Below the pieces are notes generated by a model, which did not search any database, was not told the origin of the DNA, and worked only from the letters and a program-made list of their open reading frames with translations. A stretch of 60,936 nt of DNA from a virus (taxonomy: Duplodnaviria; Caudoviricetes): positions 1-60,936 of the IMG/VR virus record IMGVR_UViG_3300028592_000010. One strand, given 5' to 3'. Positions 38,799 through 48,894 of the stretch are shown in pieces. Position 1 is the stretch's first letter. Every line of letters begins with the position of its first letter. Both the position numbers and the translations under genes were made by a program.

Positions 38799-40421
38799 AT
38801 GTTCGAGTTCCCACTCCCGGCGGACTTCGACTTCGCCGCCCTGTCCAGTGTGCAACTGGACGAGTTGGAGGCTGCCGCTCGTGAGGCCGCGCAGCCGATC
38901 ACCCAGACCGAGCCAGGCGAACTGACCGACGAGCAGGTCACCCTGCTGGAGTCGCTGGGCGCCACGGTTCAGTCCGTCGCCGCCGCCCGCACCGTGCTCG
39001 CCGAGCGCGACGCCGAGGCTGCCCGCGCGCTGGCCGAGCGCACCGAGCGCATCTCCAGCCTCGCTACAATCCTGGCCGTTCCGGCCCCCGAGACCACCAC
39101 CACGGCCAGCGCCCCCGGTCAGACCCTGACCGTACGGGTCGGCCAGGTCGCCGCCGTGGCCACCCCGGCTCCCGTGCCGGCCCGCACCGGTCCGGCGCTG
39201 CTCACCTTCGGCGAGCACGTGTTCAACGCCGACGTGGACCGGGAGTTCACCGGCTGGGACGACGTGGCCAAGTACGCCGAGCGGAAGCTGGCCGCGTACT
39301 CGGGCATGTCCGGCTCGGGCCGCTCCAGCATCGCCACCCTGCGCCGCACCTTCGACGACGACCTGCGGCAGTCCTCGGGCGCCTCGGAGGACGACCGCCT
39401 GGTTGCGTTCGCCACCGACCCCTCCCGCCTGCCCGGCGGCGCCCTGACGGCTGCGGCCGGCTGGTGCGCCCCGTCGCAGACCATCTACGACCTGTGCGAA
39501 CTGGAGACCACGGACGGCCTGGTCGACATCCCGGAGATCCAGATTTCACGCGGTGGCCTGCGGTTCACTCCCGGCCCGGACTTCGCCACCATCTTCGGCG
39601 GCGCGGGCTACTTCCACCAGACCGAGGCCCAGGTCATCGCCAGCACGACCAAGCCGTGCATGGAGATCCCCTGCCCCGCCTTCACCGACATTCGCCTGGA
39701 GGTGGAGGGCGTCTGCATCACCGGCTCGATCCTCCAGCGCCGGGGCTACCCCGAGTTGGTGGAGCGGTTCATTCGGGGCGCGATGGTCGCGCACGTGCAC
39801 AAGCTGAACGCCTTCGTCATCGCCCAGATGGTCGCCGGCTCCACGGTGGTCGACCTCAACCCGCCGACCGACATCCCGCTGGACGTCTCGGCCACCTCGC
39901 ACACGCTCTCGGCCGTGGAGATGCAGGCGTGGGACCTGCGCTACCGCAACCGCCTGCGCCAGGACGCCATGCTGGAGGCCGTGTTCCCGGCCTGGAGCAA
40001 GGCCCTGTTCCGGGCCGACCTCTCGCGCCGGCAGGGCCTGCGCGAGTTCGAGGTCACCGACGCGATGCTGGAGGCCTGGTTCAGCCTGCGCGGCGTGCGC
40101 CCGCAGTGGGTGTACGACTGGCAGGACACGTTCAGTGGTCTGGCCACCGGCCCGGGTGGGGCGGTTCCGCTCACCCTGTGGCCCAACTCGTTCTTCTTCC
40201 TCATCTACCCGGCCGGCACCTGGCTGCGCGGCTCGGACGACACGATCCGGCTGGAGACCATTTACGACTCGACCAACCTCGCCACCAACCGCTACACCGC
40301 CCTCTTCACTGAGGAGGGCGTGCTCGTGGCGCAGGTGTGCAACGGTGGATCGCGCATCGTCGAGGTCCAGGCCTGCCCGAACGGCATCACCGCCGCTCCG
40401 GTCGCGTTCGTCTGTGCCTGA
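38799..40421 (+). CDS. Major capsid protein with N-terminal scaffold-like region
   Basis: Coiled-coil N-terminus, ALTAAAGWCAPSQTIYD, PEIQISRGGLRF, RRGYPEL, LFTEEG (mycobacteriophage cluster B-like type). Confidence 0.9.
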   Translation: MFEFPLPADFDFAALSSVQLDELEAAAREAAQPITQTEPGELTDEQVTLLESLGATVQSVAAARTVLAERDAEAARALAERTERISSLATILAVPAPETTTTASAPGQTLTVRVGQVAAVATPAPVPARTGPALLTFGEHVFNADVDREFTGWDDVAKYAERKLAAYSGMSGSGRSSIATLRRTFDDDLRQSSGASEDDRLVAFATDPSRLPGGALTAAAGWCAPSQTIYDLCELETTDGLVDIPEIQISRGGLRFTPGPDFATIFGGAGYFHQTEAQVIASTTKPCMEIPCPAFTDIRLEVEGVCITGSILQRRGYPELVERFIRGAMVAHVHKLNAFVIAQMVAGSTVVDLNPPTDIPLDVSATSHTLSAVEMQAWDLRYRNRLRQDAMLEAVFPAWSKALFRADLSRRQGLREFEVTDAMLEAWFSLRGVRPQWVYDWQDTFSGLATGPGGAVPLTLWPNSFFFLIYPAGTWLRGSDDTIRLETIYDSTNLATNRYTALFTEEGVLVAQVCNGGSRIVEVQACPNGITAAPVAFVCA

Positions 40422-40481
40422 TCCTGACGGACTGGTGCCCGGGCTCGGCCCGGGCACCACGACCCGAGGGAAGGAGGGTCG

Positions 40482-41312
40482 ATGACTACACCGCTGGTCC
40501 CCCCGATGTTGATCGACCCGCCGCCGCCCCCGGGCGTCAACTACGGTCTGCTCACCGTCGCCACCGGGCCGATGGAGTTGCCCGTCCATGCGGCGGGCGG
40601 CGGCCTGGAGTGGATTCCCGACTCGTGCGGCGTGGTGCGGCTGTACCAGAACGTCTGCGACCCCACGCCGCAGGTCAAGACCTTCGACCCCATCGACACC
40701 AAGGCGAACGCGACCCCGTACAAGATCTACTCGACGATCAAGTGCGGCACGCTCGGGTTCTCGTTCGATGAGTTCGAGGGTCGTGTTCGGCGGCGTCTGT
40801 CCTCTGTGGAGCAGGCCGGTATTGAGGCTGCGTTCTGGGGCGCCGAGGTCGGCGACAACCAGGGCTACCTCCAGTCGGCGGCCATCACGGTTACCGACAT
40901 CGGTGCGACGACCACTCCGGTCCAGGCCATCGCGCGCCTGGAGCAGCAACTGGCGACGTGCTACCCGAGCAAGGTGGGCGTCATCCACGCGCGGCCGATC
41001 ATGGCCGCGTACCTGTCCAGCAACCGGCTCATCTACTGGCGCAACGACCGGTGCTACACCTACCGGGGCAACCTCGTCGTCTTCGGTGACGGGTACTCGG
41101 GCCTCGACCCGGCGGGCGTCGCGCCCGACGCCACCCACGAGCACATCTTTGCCACCGGGCGCGTGCTGATCTGGCGCTCCCCCGACGTGTTTGTGCCCGA
41201 CCCACGCCAGACGCTGGACCGTACGCTGAACCAGCAGAACCTGCTCGCCGAGCGGGACGTTGCGGTGGCAGTGGAATGCTGTGCCGCGTTCACGAGGGTG
41301 ACCCTGCCATGA
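40482..41312 (+). CDS. Second capsid protein (pentamer/minor capsid-like)
   Basis: Follows the MCP gene; YGLL, EQAGIEAAFW, GVIHA, GDGY, N...LAER. Confidence 0.65.
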   Translation: MTTPLVPPMLIDPPPPPGVNYGLLTVATGPMELPVHAAGGGLEWIPDSCGVVRLYQNVCDPTPQVKTFDPIDTKANATPYKIYSTIKCGTLGFSFDEFEGRVRRRLSSVEQAGIEAAFWGAEVGDNQGYLQSAAITVTDIGATTTPVQAIARLEQQLATCYPSKVGVIHARPIMAAYLSSNRLIYWRNDRCYTYRGNLVVFGDGYSGLDPAGVAPDATHEHIFATGRVLIWRSPDVFVPDPRQTLDRTLNQQNLLAERDVAVAVECCAAFTRVTLP

Positions 41313-41545
41313 CCGAACGCATCTACCTCGGTAGCGACGAGGACCCGGGCGAGGTCCTGCGCGCCCTGTTCGACATCCTGGGCCCGGAGGCCGACCAGCG
41401 TTCCATCGTCTGGGTGCCCGAGGAGTACGCGGTGGACGTGCCGGACGAGGTCGCGACCGAGTACACCAAGCCCAAGAAGGCCGTGAAGGCCACCAAGGCG
41501 GCCAAGTCCACGCCGCCCCCGCCCCCGGACAAGGAGGAGTGACCT

Positions 41546-42250
41546 ATGAGCACTGAATGCCTCCAGCCGGTCGGCGGCACGGTCATGCGCGCCCTCAAGC
41601 TGGACGCCTGCGGCAACCCGCTCACGGGCGTCGGCTCGTGCAAGGTCGTCTCCGAGGGCTTCATCTCGGTGGAGCGCACGGCCGAGTACGCCGACCCGGA
41701 CCAGTTCATCCAGAAGAACGCTGCCGGCAAGGTGTGCCTCAAGCACCGGACCGCCCCGCAACTGCTCTGGTACACCTACAACATCATGTTCTGTGAGGTC
41801 GACGTGGACCTCTACACGATGCTGTCCGGCTCCCAGGTCGTGCTCGACGACACCCCGGTGACCCCCAACCACATCGGCTGGTCCACCCGGACCAGCCTGA
41901 TCGGCACCACCAACTGGTCGCTGGAGTTGTGGCTGCCGCTCTCCCAGGAGGCGTGCGTCGGCGCGAACGTGCCGTACCTGTACTGGGTCTCCCCGTGGAT
42001 CCACCAGGGCACCATCAGCACCCCGCTGACCGTTGAGAACGGGCCAGTGACCTTCGGGGTCAGCGGCGCCAAGACGCAGTTTCCCTCGCCGTGGGGCGTG
42101 GGGCCCTACAACGTGCAGTACGACCAGTTCGCTGCGCCCGAGAAGCTGTTCACCGCTATCGTCTCGGACGAGGCGGACCGCTTCTTCCGCACCGAACTGG
42201 CGCCACCGACTGCGGCCTGTGGCTGCACCACCGTCACACCGGACGCCTGA
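41546..42250 (+). CDS. Major tail protein
   Basis: MRALKLDACG.P, VVSEGFISV, KNAAGKVC, FCEVD, SLELW. Confidence 0.8.
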   Translation: MSTECLQPVGGTVMRALKLDACGNPLTGVGSCKVVSEGFISVERTAEYADPDQFIQKNAAGKVCLKHRTAPQLLWYTYNIMFCEVDVDLYTMLSGSQVVLDDTPVTPNHIGWSTRTSLIGTTNWSLELWLPLSQEACVGANVPYLYWVSPWIHQGTISTPLTVENGPVTFGVSGAKTQFPSPWGVGPYNVQYDQFAAPEKLFTAIVSDEADRFFRTELAPPTAACGCTTVTPDA

Positions 42251-42261
42251 GGAGGATAGCG

Positions 42262-42807
42262 ATGGCTGGTGGCACGATTCGCGTCGAGGTCGACACCTAC
42301 GGCCAGTTGACGGCTGTGGCGCAGCGCGTGCTGTGCTGGGCGCTGACCGACAAGGGCAAGGTCCGCCTGGACACGCAGGCCAACGTTCCGGCCGTGGTCA
42401 TCCCCGAGGAGATCATGGGCGGCAAGGGCGCGCTGCTGCTCAAGCGGGGCGGCACCGACCTCACCTCTGGCTACGTGGCCGGCACCAACGTGGTCTTCAA
42501 GTTCGGCAACAACGTGCTGCCGATGGGCCAGGACGTGAACACCTGCCCGTCCTCGGCGGCCATGCCGAACTCGACCTCCATCGCCACCAACGTGGGCGGC
42601 AACCCGCTGGCAACCACCCTCACCTACGCCAACGTTGGCGCGGCGGGCACGGTGGACATCTTCTGGGGCGACGGCACCTCCACCCTGGGCGCGGCCGAGT
42701 CGGGCACCTCCAACCACACCTACGCCTACCCTGGGGAGTACACCGTCCTGGTGCGCGACGCTTCCGTCCCGACTGACATCGGGACGGCGGTCGTCCGCGT
42801 TCCCTGA
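42262..42807 (+). CDS. PKD/Ig-domain virion protein
   Basis: IFWGDGTS...HTYAYPGEYTV. Confidence 0.75.
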   Translation: MAGGTIRVEVDTYGQLTAVAQRVLCWALTDKGKVRLDTQANVPAVVIPEEIMGGKGALLLKRGGTDLTSGYVAGTNVVFKFGNNVLPMGQDVNTCPSSAAMPNSTSIATNVGGNPLATTLTYANVGAAGTVDIFWGDGTSTLGAAESGTSNHTYAYPGEYTVLVRDASVPTDIGTAVVRVP

Positions 42808-42822
42808 CCCTGGGAGGCGCCC

Positions 42823-43620
42823 GTGACTGAGCCCTGTGACTGGACGCTCGACACGACGTGCTGTCCCGAGTGGGCTACGACCGACCCGGGGATTCAGGCC
42901 CTGGCCACGTCGTGGTCGAGCTACATCCTGTGGGCCCTCACCGGCCGTCAGTTCGGCCTGTGCGACATCACCGTCCGGCCGTGCTACCGGCGCTGCACGC
43001 CACGCTCGTACGCCACCTTCGGGGTCTGGATGGAGTCCCCGTACGGGTCGGGCAACGGCTGGCTGCCGTTCGTGGACGACGTGGGCGAGTGGCGCAACTG
43101 CGGCTGTTGCGGCGTGTGCTGCTGTGGCGCCTCGTGCGAGGTGTGGCTTCCGGGCCCGGTCGCCTCGGTGACCTCGGTGCTGGTCGACAACGTGGCCGTC
43201 GCCCCGGCGGCGTACCGCATCGACAACATGGACCTCCTGGTGCGCCAGGACGGGAGTTGCTGGCCCGAGTGCAACAACATGGACGTGCCCCCGGCCTCGA
43301 CGGATGGCACGTTCGTGGTCACCTACAAGCGGGGCAAGGCGCTGCCCGTCGCGGCCGAGATGGCCGTGGGTGAACTGGCGTGCGAGATCGCCAAGGGCTG
43401 CTCCGGGGGCGCCTGCGGCATTCCACAGCAGGTCCGCTCCATCAACCGCGCGGGCGTGTCCTTCGAACTGGTCAACCCAAGCGACATCTTCCGCTCGGGC
43501 CTGACCGGGCTGGACAATGTGGACAAGTTCATCCGCGCGGTCAACCCGTACGGGCTGGCCCAGGAGGCCACCGTGCTCAGCCCCGACCTGGTGCAGCCGC
43601 GCCAGCAGACGTGGCCGTGA
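42823..43620 (+). CDS. Head-to-tail adaptor
   Basis: ILWALTGRQFG.C..TVRP, LPGPV, LVRQDG.CWP, LACE..K, TGL..VD.FI..VNP. Confidence 0.75.
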   Translation: MTEPCDWTLDTTCCPEWATTDPGIQALATSWSSYILWALTGRQFGLCDITVRPCYRRCTPRSYATFGVWMESPYGSGNGWLPFVDDVGEWRNCGCCGVCCCGASCEVWLPGPVASVTSVLVDNVAVAPAAYRIDNMDLLVRQDGSCWPECNNMDVPPASTDGTFVVTYKRGKALPVAAEMAVGELACEIAKGCSGGACGIPQQVRSINRAGVSFELVNPSDIFRSGLTGLDNVDKFIRAVNPYGLAQEATVLSPDLVQPRQQTWP

Positions 43621-43623
43621 CCC

Positions 43624-44145
43624 GTGCCCGACATCATCGCCGAGGTCGCCGAGGACCTGTACGCCTGCGTGTGCGCACAGGTGGCGCTGCTGGCTGACCC
43701 GCCCAACCGCTGCTGCCTGCTGGCGGGCGCGACGTTCGAGTTGGGCGTGGCCATCAACGAGGACATGTGCCGGTGCGGCACCGCCTGGGTGCGGGTCGCC
43801 TCGGTGGCGCCCTCGGTGACGTTTCCCTCCGTCCAGGAGGAACCCCGTAACTGCCGGCCTCCGATGTACGCGGTGACGCTGGAGATGGGCGTCGCCCGGT
43901 GTCCGCCGATCGGCACCACCCAGGACCTGCCGACGTGCCCCGACTGGCTGGCCTACAGCCGCAAGGTGCTCGACGACGCGGCGGCCCTGCGCAAGGCCGT
44001 GTTCTGCTGCTTCGGCCCGATGCTCTCGTCCCGGGGTCTGAAGTACGTCCTGGGGGCCTGGGAGCCGTTTGGGCCCGAGGGGCTGTGCGGCGGCGGCATC
44101 CAGAGCGTCACCGTGCCCGTGATGGCGTGCGACGAGTGTGGCTAA
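43624..44145 (+). CDS. Cys-rich head-tail connector/tail terminator-like protein
   Basis: AWVRV, EMGVARC, GPEGLCGGG; position. Confidence 0.55.
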   Translation: MPDIIAEVAEDLYACVCAQVALLADPPNRCCLLAGATFELGVAINEDMCRCGTAWVRVASVAPSVTFPSVQEEPRNCRPPMYAVTLEMGVARCPPIGTTQDLPTCPDWLAYSRKVLDDAAALRKAVFCCFGPMLSSRGLKYVLGAWEPFGPEGLCGGGIQSVTVPVMACDECG

Positions 44146-44551
44146 CATCCGCGTCGACATGAACCGGGCTACCCTCCAGCGGGTGGCCTCGACGGCGGCG
44201 GGGAAGCTGGTCCTGTCCACGACGCGGCGCGTGCTCAACCGGGCGAAGGTCCTGTGCCCAGTGGACACCGGCACCCTGCGGGCGAGCCAGACGATGGAGG
44301 TCCGCACCCTCGCCAGCAAGTCCACCGGGCGCGTCTCCACCTGGATCAACTACGCCCTGCCGGTGCACGAGGGCGTGGATCATCCGGTGGTCATCCGGCC
44401 CCGCCGGGCCAAGGCGCTCCGGTTCGTGATCAACGGCCGGGTCGTGTACGCCAAGAAGGTCACCCTCCCGCCCCGGCGCGGGCGCCCGTGGCTGCGGCGC
44501 GCGCTGATCGAGGTCGCGATCCCAGCCGGGTTCACGGTGACGCGGGTCTAA
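44138..44551 (+). CDS. HK97 gp10-like neck protein
   Basis: AKVLCPVDTGTLRAS, YALPVHEG, RPWLRRAL. Confidence 0.8.
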   Translation: MANIRVDMNRATLQRVASTAAGKLVLSTTRRVLNRAKVLCPVDTGTLRASQTMEVRTLASKSTGRVSTWINYALPVHEGVDHPVVIRPRRAKALRFVINGRVVYAKKVTLPPRRGRPWLRRALIEVAIPAGFTVTRV

Positions 44552-44561
44552 GCTGGCCTGT

Positions 44562-44921
44562 ATGGCAGAGACTGACGACCCCAACGTCCGGAAGATCACC
44601 TGGCGCGACCGGGAGTGGCGGGTGTCCGAGCCCAGCCCCGAGCAGATCGCGGTGATCTACCGCATGAGCCGGCTGCGCCCTGCCGCCGAGACCTCGATGC
44701 CACGCCAGTTGGCGACCCTCAACCGGGTGCCGACCCTGCTGGAGGCGCTGATCGTGGACGAGGCCGACTGGGACGACATCGAGGACGACCTGGCCGCCAA
44801 GCGGGTCACGGTCGGCGAACTGATCGAGCCCATCACCGAGGCCATCCGCGTGTGGGCTGCCCCGGCCAACCGGGCGACCAAACGGGCCGCCGCCAAGAAG
44901 ACCACGGCCCGCGCGCTGTGA
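44562..44921 (+). CDS. Tail assembly chaperone
   Basis: Position before the tape measure gene; NRATKRA C-terminus. Confidence 0.55.
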   Translation: MAETDDPNVRKITWRDREWRVSEPSPEQIAVIYRMSRLRPAAETSMPRQLATLNRVPTLLEALIVDEADWDDIEDDLAAKRVTVGELIEPITEAIRVWAAPANRATKRAAAKKTTARAL

Positions 44922-45466
44922 GCGTCGACCCGCTGGCGTCGCTGCGCGTGCGGCCCATCGGGGTCGCCTGCGGCGGGCGCGAGTGGGTGATCCCGGCACT
45001 GCCAGCCGCCGACTGGTTCGAGGCCGTGCTGGCCGGTGGCTCCCTGCCGATCGTGCCCGGCATGCTCGACCCGGGCGACGAGGAGGAGTTCCTGGACCTC
45101 ATGCTGGCCGGCACCATCACCGAGGCGCAGGCGCTGCGCGCGAACCGGGACGCCCTGGGTGTCGCCTCGGGCTGGAAGTGGTGGGAGGCCGAGCGGCTGA
45201 TCGTGTCCATCGCCCACGACTGGAAGGTGGTCGGCGGCCTGCTGCTCCAGTCGGGCATCGACTTCCAGGCCTCCCCCATCGGTGCCGTGCTCGCCACCAC
45301 GTACTCGCTGGCCGTGCAGAACCTGAGCAAGGAGGACCGCTTCCGCCTCGATGCCCAGTTGACCCGGGCGCCAGTCGAGGCGATGGCGGGCGCCGACTGG
45401 TTCGAGCAGGGCGGATTCGCCGAGTCGTTCCGGGCCCTGGTCTCCTCGGCTTCCACCGGCGGGTAA
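44918..45466 (+). CDS. Second tail assembly chaperone-like protein
   Basis: GTGA-coupled to the previous gene; IPALPAADW, SGWKWWEA.RL. Confidence 0.55.
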   Translation: MSVDPLASLRVRPIGVACGGREWVIPALPAADWFEAVLAGGSLPIVPGMLDPGDEEEFLDLMLAGTITEAQALRANRDALGVASGWKWWEAERLIVSIAHDWKVVGGLLLQSGIDFQASPIGAVLATTYSLAVQNLSKEDRFRLDAQLTRAPVEAMAGADWFEQGGFAESFRALVSSASTGG

Positions 45467-45515
45467 GCGGCTGCACTGCTGGTGGTAGGCCTCGGCCGGC
45501 CCGTACGCTGCCGCT

Positions 45516-47302
45516 GTGACCAACCCGCTCAACCGGGTGGCCAAGGCGTACGTCGAGATCACCGCCGACTACGACAAGTTCCGCGACGAGGCGACCACAA
45601 AGATCAACGCGGCGCTGCGCGATGTCGGGCGGAACCTCCACACCGACGCGGTGCGCGACAAGCTGGGCGACGCTGGGCGCGAAGCGGGCCAGGTGTTCAG
45701 CAAGGAGTTCGACGACACCATCCGCAACGAGTTCCGCACCTCGGCGCGCAACGCGGTGCGGGTCATCTCATCTGAGGCGAATAGTGGCGGCAACCGGTCA
45801 CTGCTGCGCCGCACGTTCGGTGACATCGGCCGCTTCGCCGCCCTGGCCCTCGGTTCCGGGATCGCGGGCGTGATCGGGGGAGGCTCGGGCGTCGGCAAGG
45901 TGTTCGAGGCATTCAAGGCGGGCGGCTCGATTCTTTCGGCCGTGTTCGACTCGCTGGGCTCGGGCTTCGGCCAGTTCCTGATCAAGGCGGGCCTGGGCAT
46001 CGTCATCATCCCGCACCTGGCGGGCGTGATTCTGGTGCTCGTCGCCAACCTGACCTCGCTGATCGGCCTGCTCAACGTCCTGCCCGGGGTGACTGCGCTG
46101 GCCCTCGGCGCGCTCATCCCGTTGATCATCGCCTTCCAGAACTTCGGCGGCGCGCTTCAGGCCGTGATGGAGGGTGACCCGGAGAAGATCAACGAGGCGC
46201 TCAAGAAGCTCGCGCCCTCGGCGCGCGCGGTCGTCAAGGAGTTCCAAGGTCTCCTGCCAGTGTTCCGCGCGATTCAACTCGCCACTCAGCAGGCGTTCTT
46301 CGGCCCACTCCAGGGCGTGCTTTCCGAAGTCATCAGCGTTATCGGCCAGGGCCGCATCACCCAGGGCCTGGTCAACGTCGCCGACGCCTGGGGCAAGTTC
46401 CTGGCCGTCATCCTGCGGGTCGGGGAGAGCCCGGCCTGGATGCGGCTCAACGAGACCATCTTCGGCAACTCGGAGCAGGCGGGTGCCATCGCTCGGGCGC
46501 TCGGCGCTATCGGGCCGCCGCTAGAGCACCTGCTGGAGGCGTTCGCCAACGCGGCCACCACCTCCATGCCAATCATCGAGAAGCTGGTGGCCGCGTTCGG
46601 CCAGGCCATCGACAACTTCGCCGAGTTCATCCAGGGCACCGTCGAGGACGGCTCGTTTAACCAGTTCCTGCGCGACGCGCTTCAGACCACCGGCGACTTG
46701 AAGGATCTGGTGCACGAACTCCTCGCCCTGTTCTACGCGATCTTCCAGGCGACCGACGACGGCGGGGAGCGGTTCCTCCAGAAGGTCACCAAGGCGATCC
46801 ACGAGTTGACGGAGTTCTTCCAGTCGGAGGACGGCAACGGGCCATGGAGGCGATGGTCTCGCTGGCCGAGGCGTTCGCCTACTTCCTGGGCCTGGCCGCC
46901 AAGGCCCTGGCCGGCATCCTGAACCTCCTGGGGAAGGTCAACGAGGCGAGCGGTGGCCGGCTCGGGCCGGCTGCGCTCACCGGGACGCTTGGCGCCCTTG
47001 TCAACTACGGCCGGCAGGCCTTCGCCGAGGGCGGCGTCATCAGCCGCCCCACGTTCTCGCTGATGGGCGAGGCTGGACCCGAGGCGGTCGTGCCGCTCAA
47101 CGACCCGACCCGGGCCGCCCAGGTCATGCAGGAGGCGGGCCTGGTGCCGCTGGCCGAGTCGATGGGCGGCGCGGGCGGGCTGATCGTTCACGTGTACCTG
47201 GGCACGCAGGAGATCACTGACATCCTGGACGCGCGGGTTGACCGCAAGCTGGTCAGCACCGGGCGGGCGATCTTCAACCGGCCGAGGGGAGTGGGTTACT
47301 GA
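45516..47302 (+). CDS. Tape measure protein, split by a frameshift near 46840
   Basis: AYVEITAD N-terminus, EALKKLAPSARA; the C-terminal FAEGGVISRPT..GEAGPEAVVPL is in another frame. Confidence 0.8.
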
Positions 47303-48894
47303 TGCCGACCGTAAGCGCCACCCCGTTCCCGGACTCGGGCCACGTCCTGGTCCAGGTGGTGGCCCCCGACGATGGTGTGGCGTCCTGTGTGCAGGTGCGC
47401 CGCGTGGTCGACGCCACCGGCGAGACCACGCCCCTGCGCCCGTACGTGTGGCCCTGCGCCGAGGCGGGAGAGTACCTGCACCTCTCCGGCGGCCAGGCCT
47501 GGTTCTGGGACACCGAGGCGCCCCTGGATGTGGCGTTCCACTACGAGTTGACCGTGCTGGACGCCCTGCTCAGCCCGCTCATCGTTATCGACACCTTCAC
47601 CCGCTCGGTGGCGGGCGGGTGGGGGACGGCCGACACGGGCCAGGCCTACGACGTTAACGCCGACACCAGCGTGACGAGCAATCAGGGCAGGCTCACCCAC
47701 TCGGCGGTCAACACCTTCATCGAGCAGCACCTCAACACCAGCCTGGGCAACTTCGACCTTGAGATCACCCTGGACCCGATCGTCTCGACCGGTGCGGGGA
47801 CGGGAGCCTACGGTATCCGGGCCCGCATCAACACAGACGCGGCGGGCGACGACTACGTGGAGTTCCGGGTCTTCGATAACCCCGGCTCGGCCTACACGGT
47901 CAACATGCGCGAGGTCGTCAACAGCGTCCAGACGCAGTTCGACCCGAACTTTCCGAGCGTGCCCAACGTGGCTGCGGGCGGGCAGATACGGATTCGCCTC
48001 CAGGTGGATGGGGCCCTCGCGCGCGCGAAGGCGTGGGCCCTGGGGGCGGCGCAGCCCGACGCCTGGATGACCCAACTCACCACGGTCGCCACGACCATCC
48101 CGGGCCGGCCAGCGTTCAACTCGTCCGTGCCAGCCGGCTGGACCAACGTTCCGCCGTTCAGCACCATCTGGGACGACCTCCAGATCAGCAGCCTGACCGA
48201 GACCGACGCGACGATCGCCGTGTCTGGCTCCATCACCCTGTCCAGCGAGGGCGGGTTCTGGCTGCGCGACCCGGTGCGACCCTGCAACGACGTGCGGCTG
48301 GGGCTGTGCTTCGATGACCCCGAGTGCGGTGCCAACGGCGGCGTGTTCTTCGCCGACATCGGCCAGCAGGAGAGTTACGCGAGCAATTCGGTGCTGGCCC
48401 TGCCCACGAACGCCAGGCGGCCCATCGCCCTGTCCCGGGAGCGGCGCGACGCCAGCGCCACCCTGACGGTGGTCAGCGCCACCTTCGCCGACCGGGACGC
48501 GGTGAAGGCCGTCAACCAGCCGGGCTCACCGCTCCAGTTCGTTGCCCCGCCCGCGTATGGCGTGGAGGACCGTTATATGAGCGTGGGCGGCGTGCTCGTA
48601 TCGCGAGGGCTGCCCGACCACACCTTCCAGCCGCGCCTGATTCAGATGCCCTACGACGTGGTGGACCGACCGGTCGGCCCGAGTGAGGGCGTGTGCGGGG
48701 CGCGGTTCGCCGACCAGTGCGACCTGTACGCCACGTGGGCCGCCGCCGACGCGACGGACCTGGCGTGGGCGTCGCTCATCATCGGCACCCCGGGTGCGGA
48801 CGGCTTCCGGACGTGGGGTCAGGTCAACTCGACCTTCGCCAACTGGACCGCCGTTCTCGCTGCCGGCACCTGGCAGGTGATCCGCAGTGCTTGA
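47302..48894 (+). CDS. Minor tail protein
   Basis: DTEAPLD, DTFTRSVAGGWGTADTGQ, WLRDPVRP; follows the tape measure gene. Confidence 0.75.
   Translation: MPTVSATPFPDSGHVLVQVVAPDDGVASCVQVRRVVDATGETTPLRPYVWPCAEAGEYLHLSGGQAWFWDTEAPLDVAFHYELTVLDALLSPLIVIDTFTRSVAGGWGTADTGQAYDVNADTSVTSNQGRLTHSAVNTFIEQHLNTSLGNFDLEITLDPIVSTGAGTGAYGIRARINTDAAGDDYVEFRVFDNPGSAYTVNMREVVNSVQTQFDPNFPSVPNVAAGGQIRIRLQVDGALARAKAWALGAAQPDAWMTQLTTVATTIPGRPAFNSSVPAGWTNVPPFSTIWDDLQISSLTETDATIAVSGSITLSSEGGFWLRDPVRPCNDVRLGLCFDDPECGANGGVFFADIGQQESYASNSVLALPTNARRPIALSRERRDASATLTVVSATFADRDAVKAVNQPGSPLQFVAPPAYGVEDRYMSVGGVLVSRGLPDHTFQPRLIQMPYDVVDRPVGPSEGVCGARFADQCDLYATWAAADATDLAWASLIIGTPGADGFRTWGQVNSTFANWTAVLAAGTWQVIRSA

Noticed and set aside
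44562-45466. Classical -1 slippery site in the tail chaperone pair
   Set aside because: No XXXYYYZ heptamer seen near the end of the first gene; a GTGA overlap explains the second gene.
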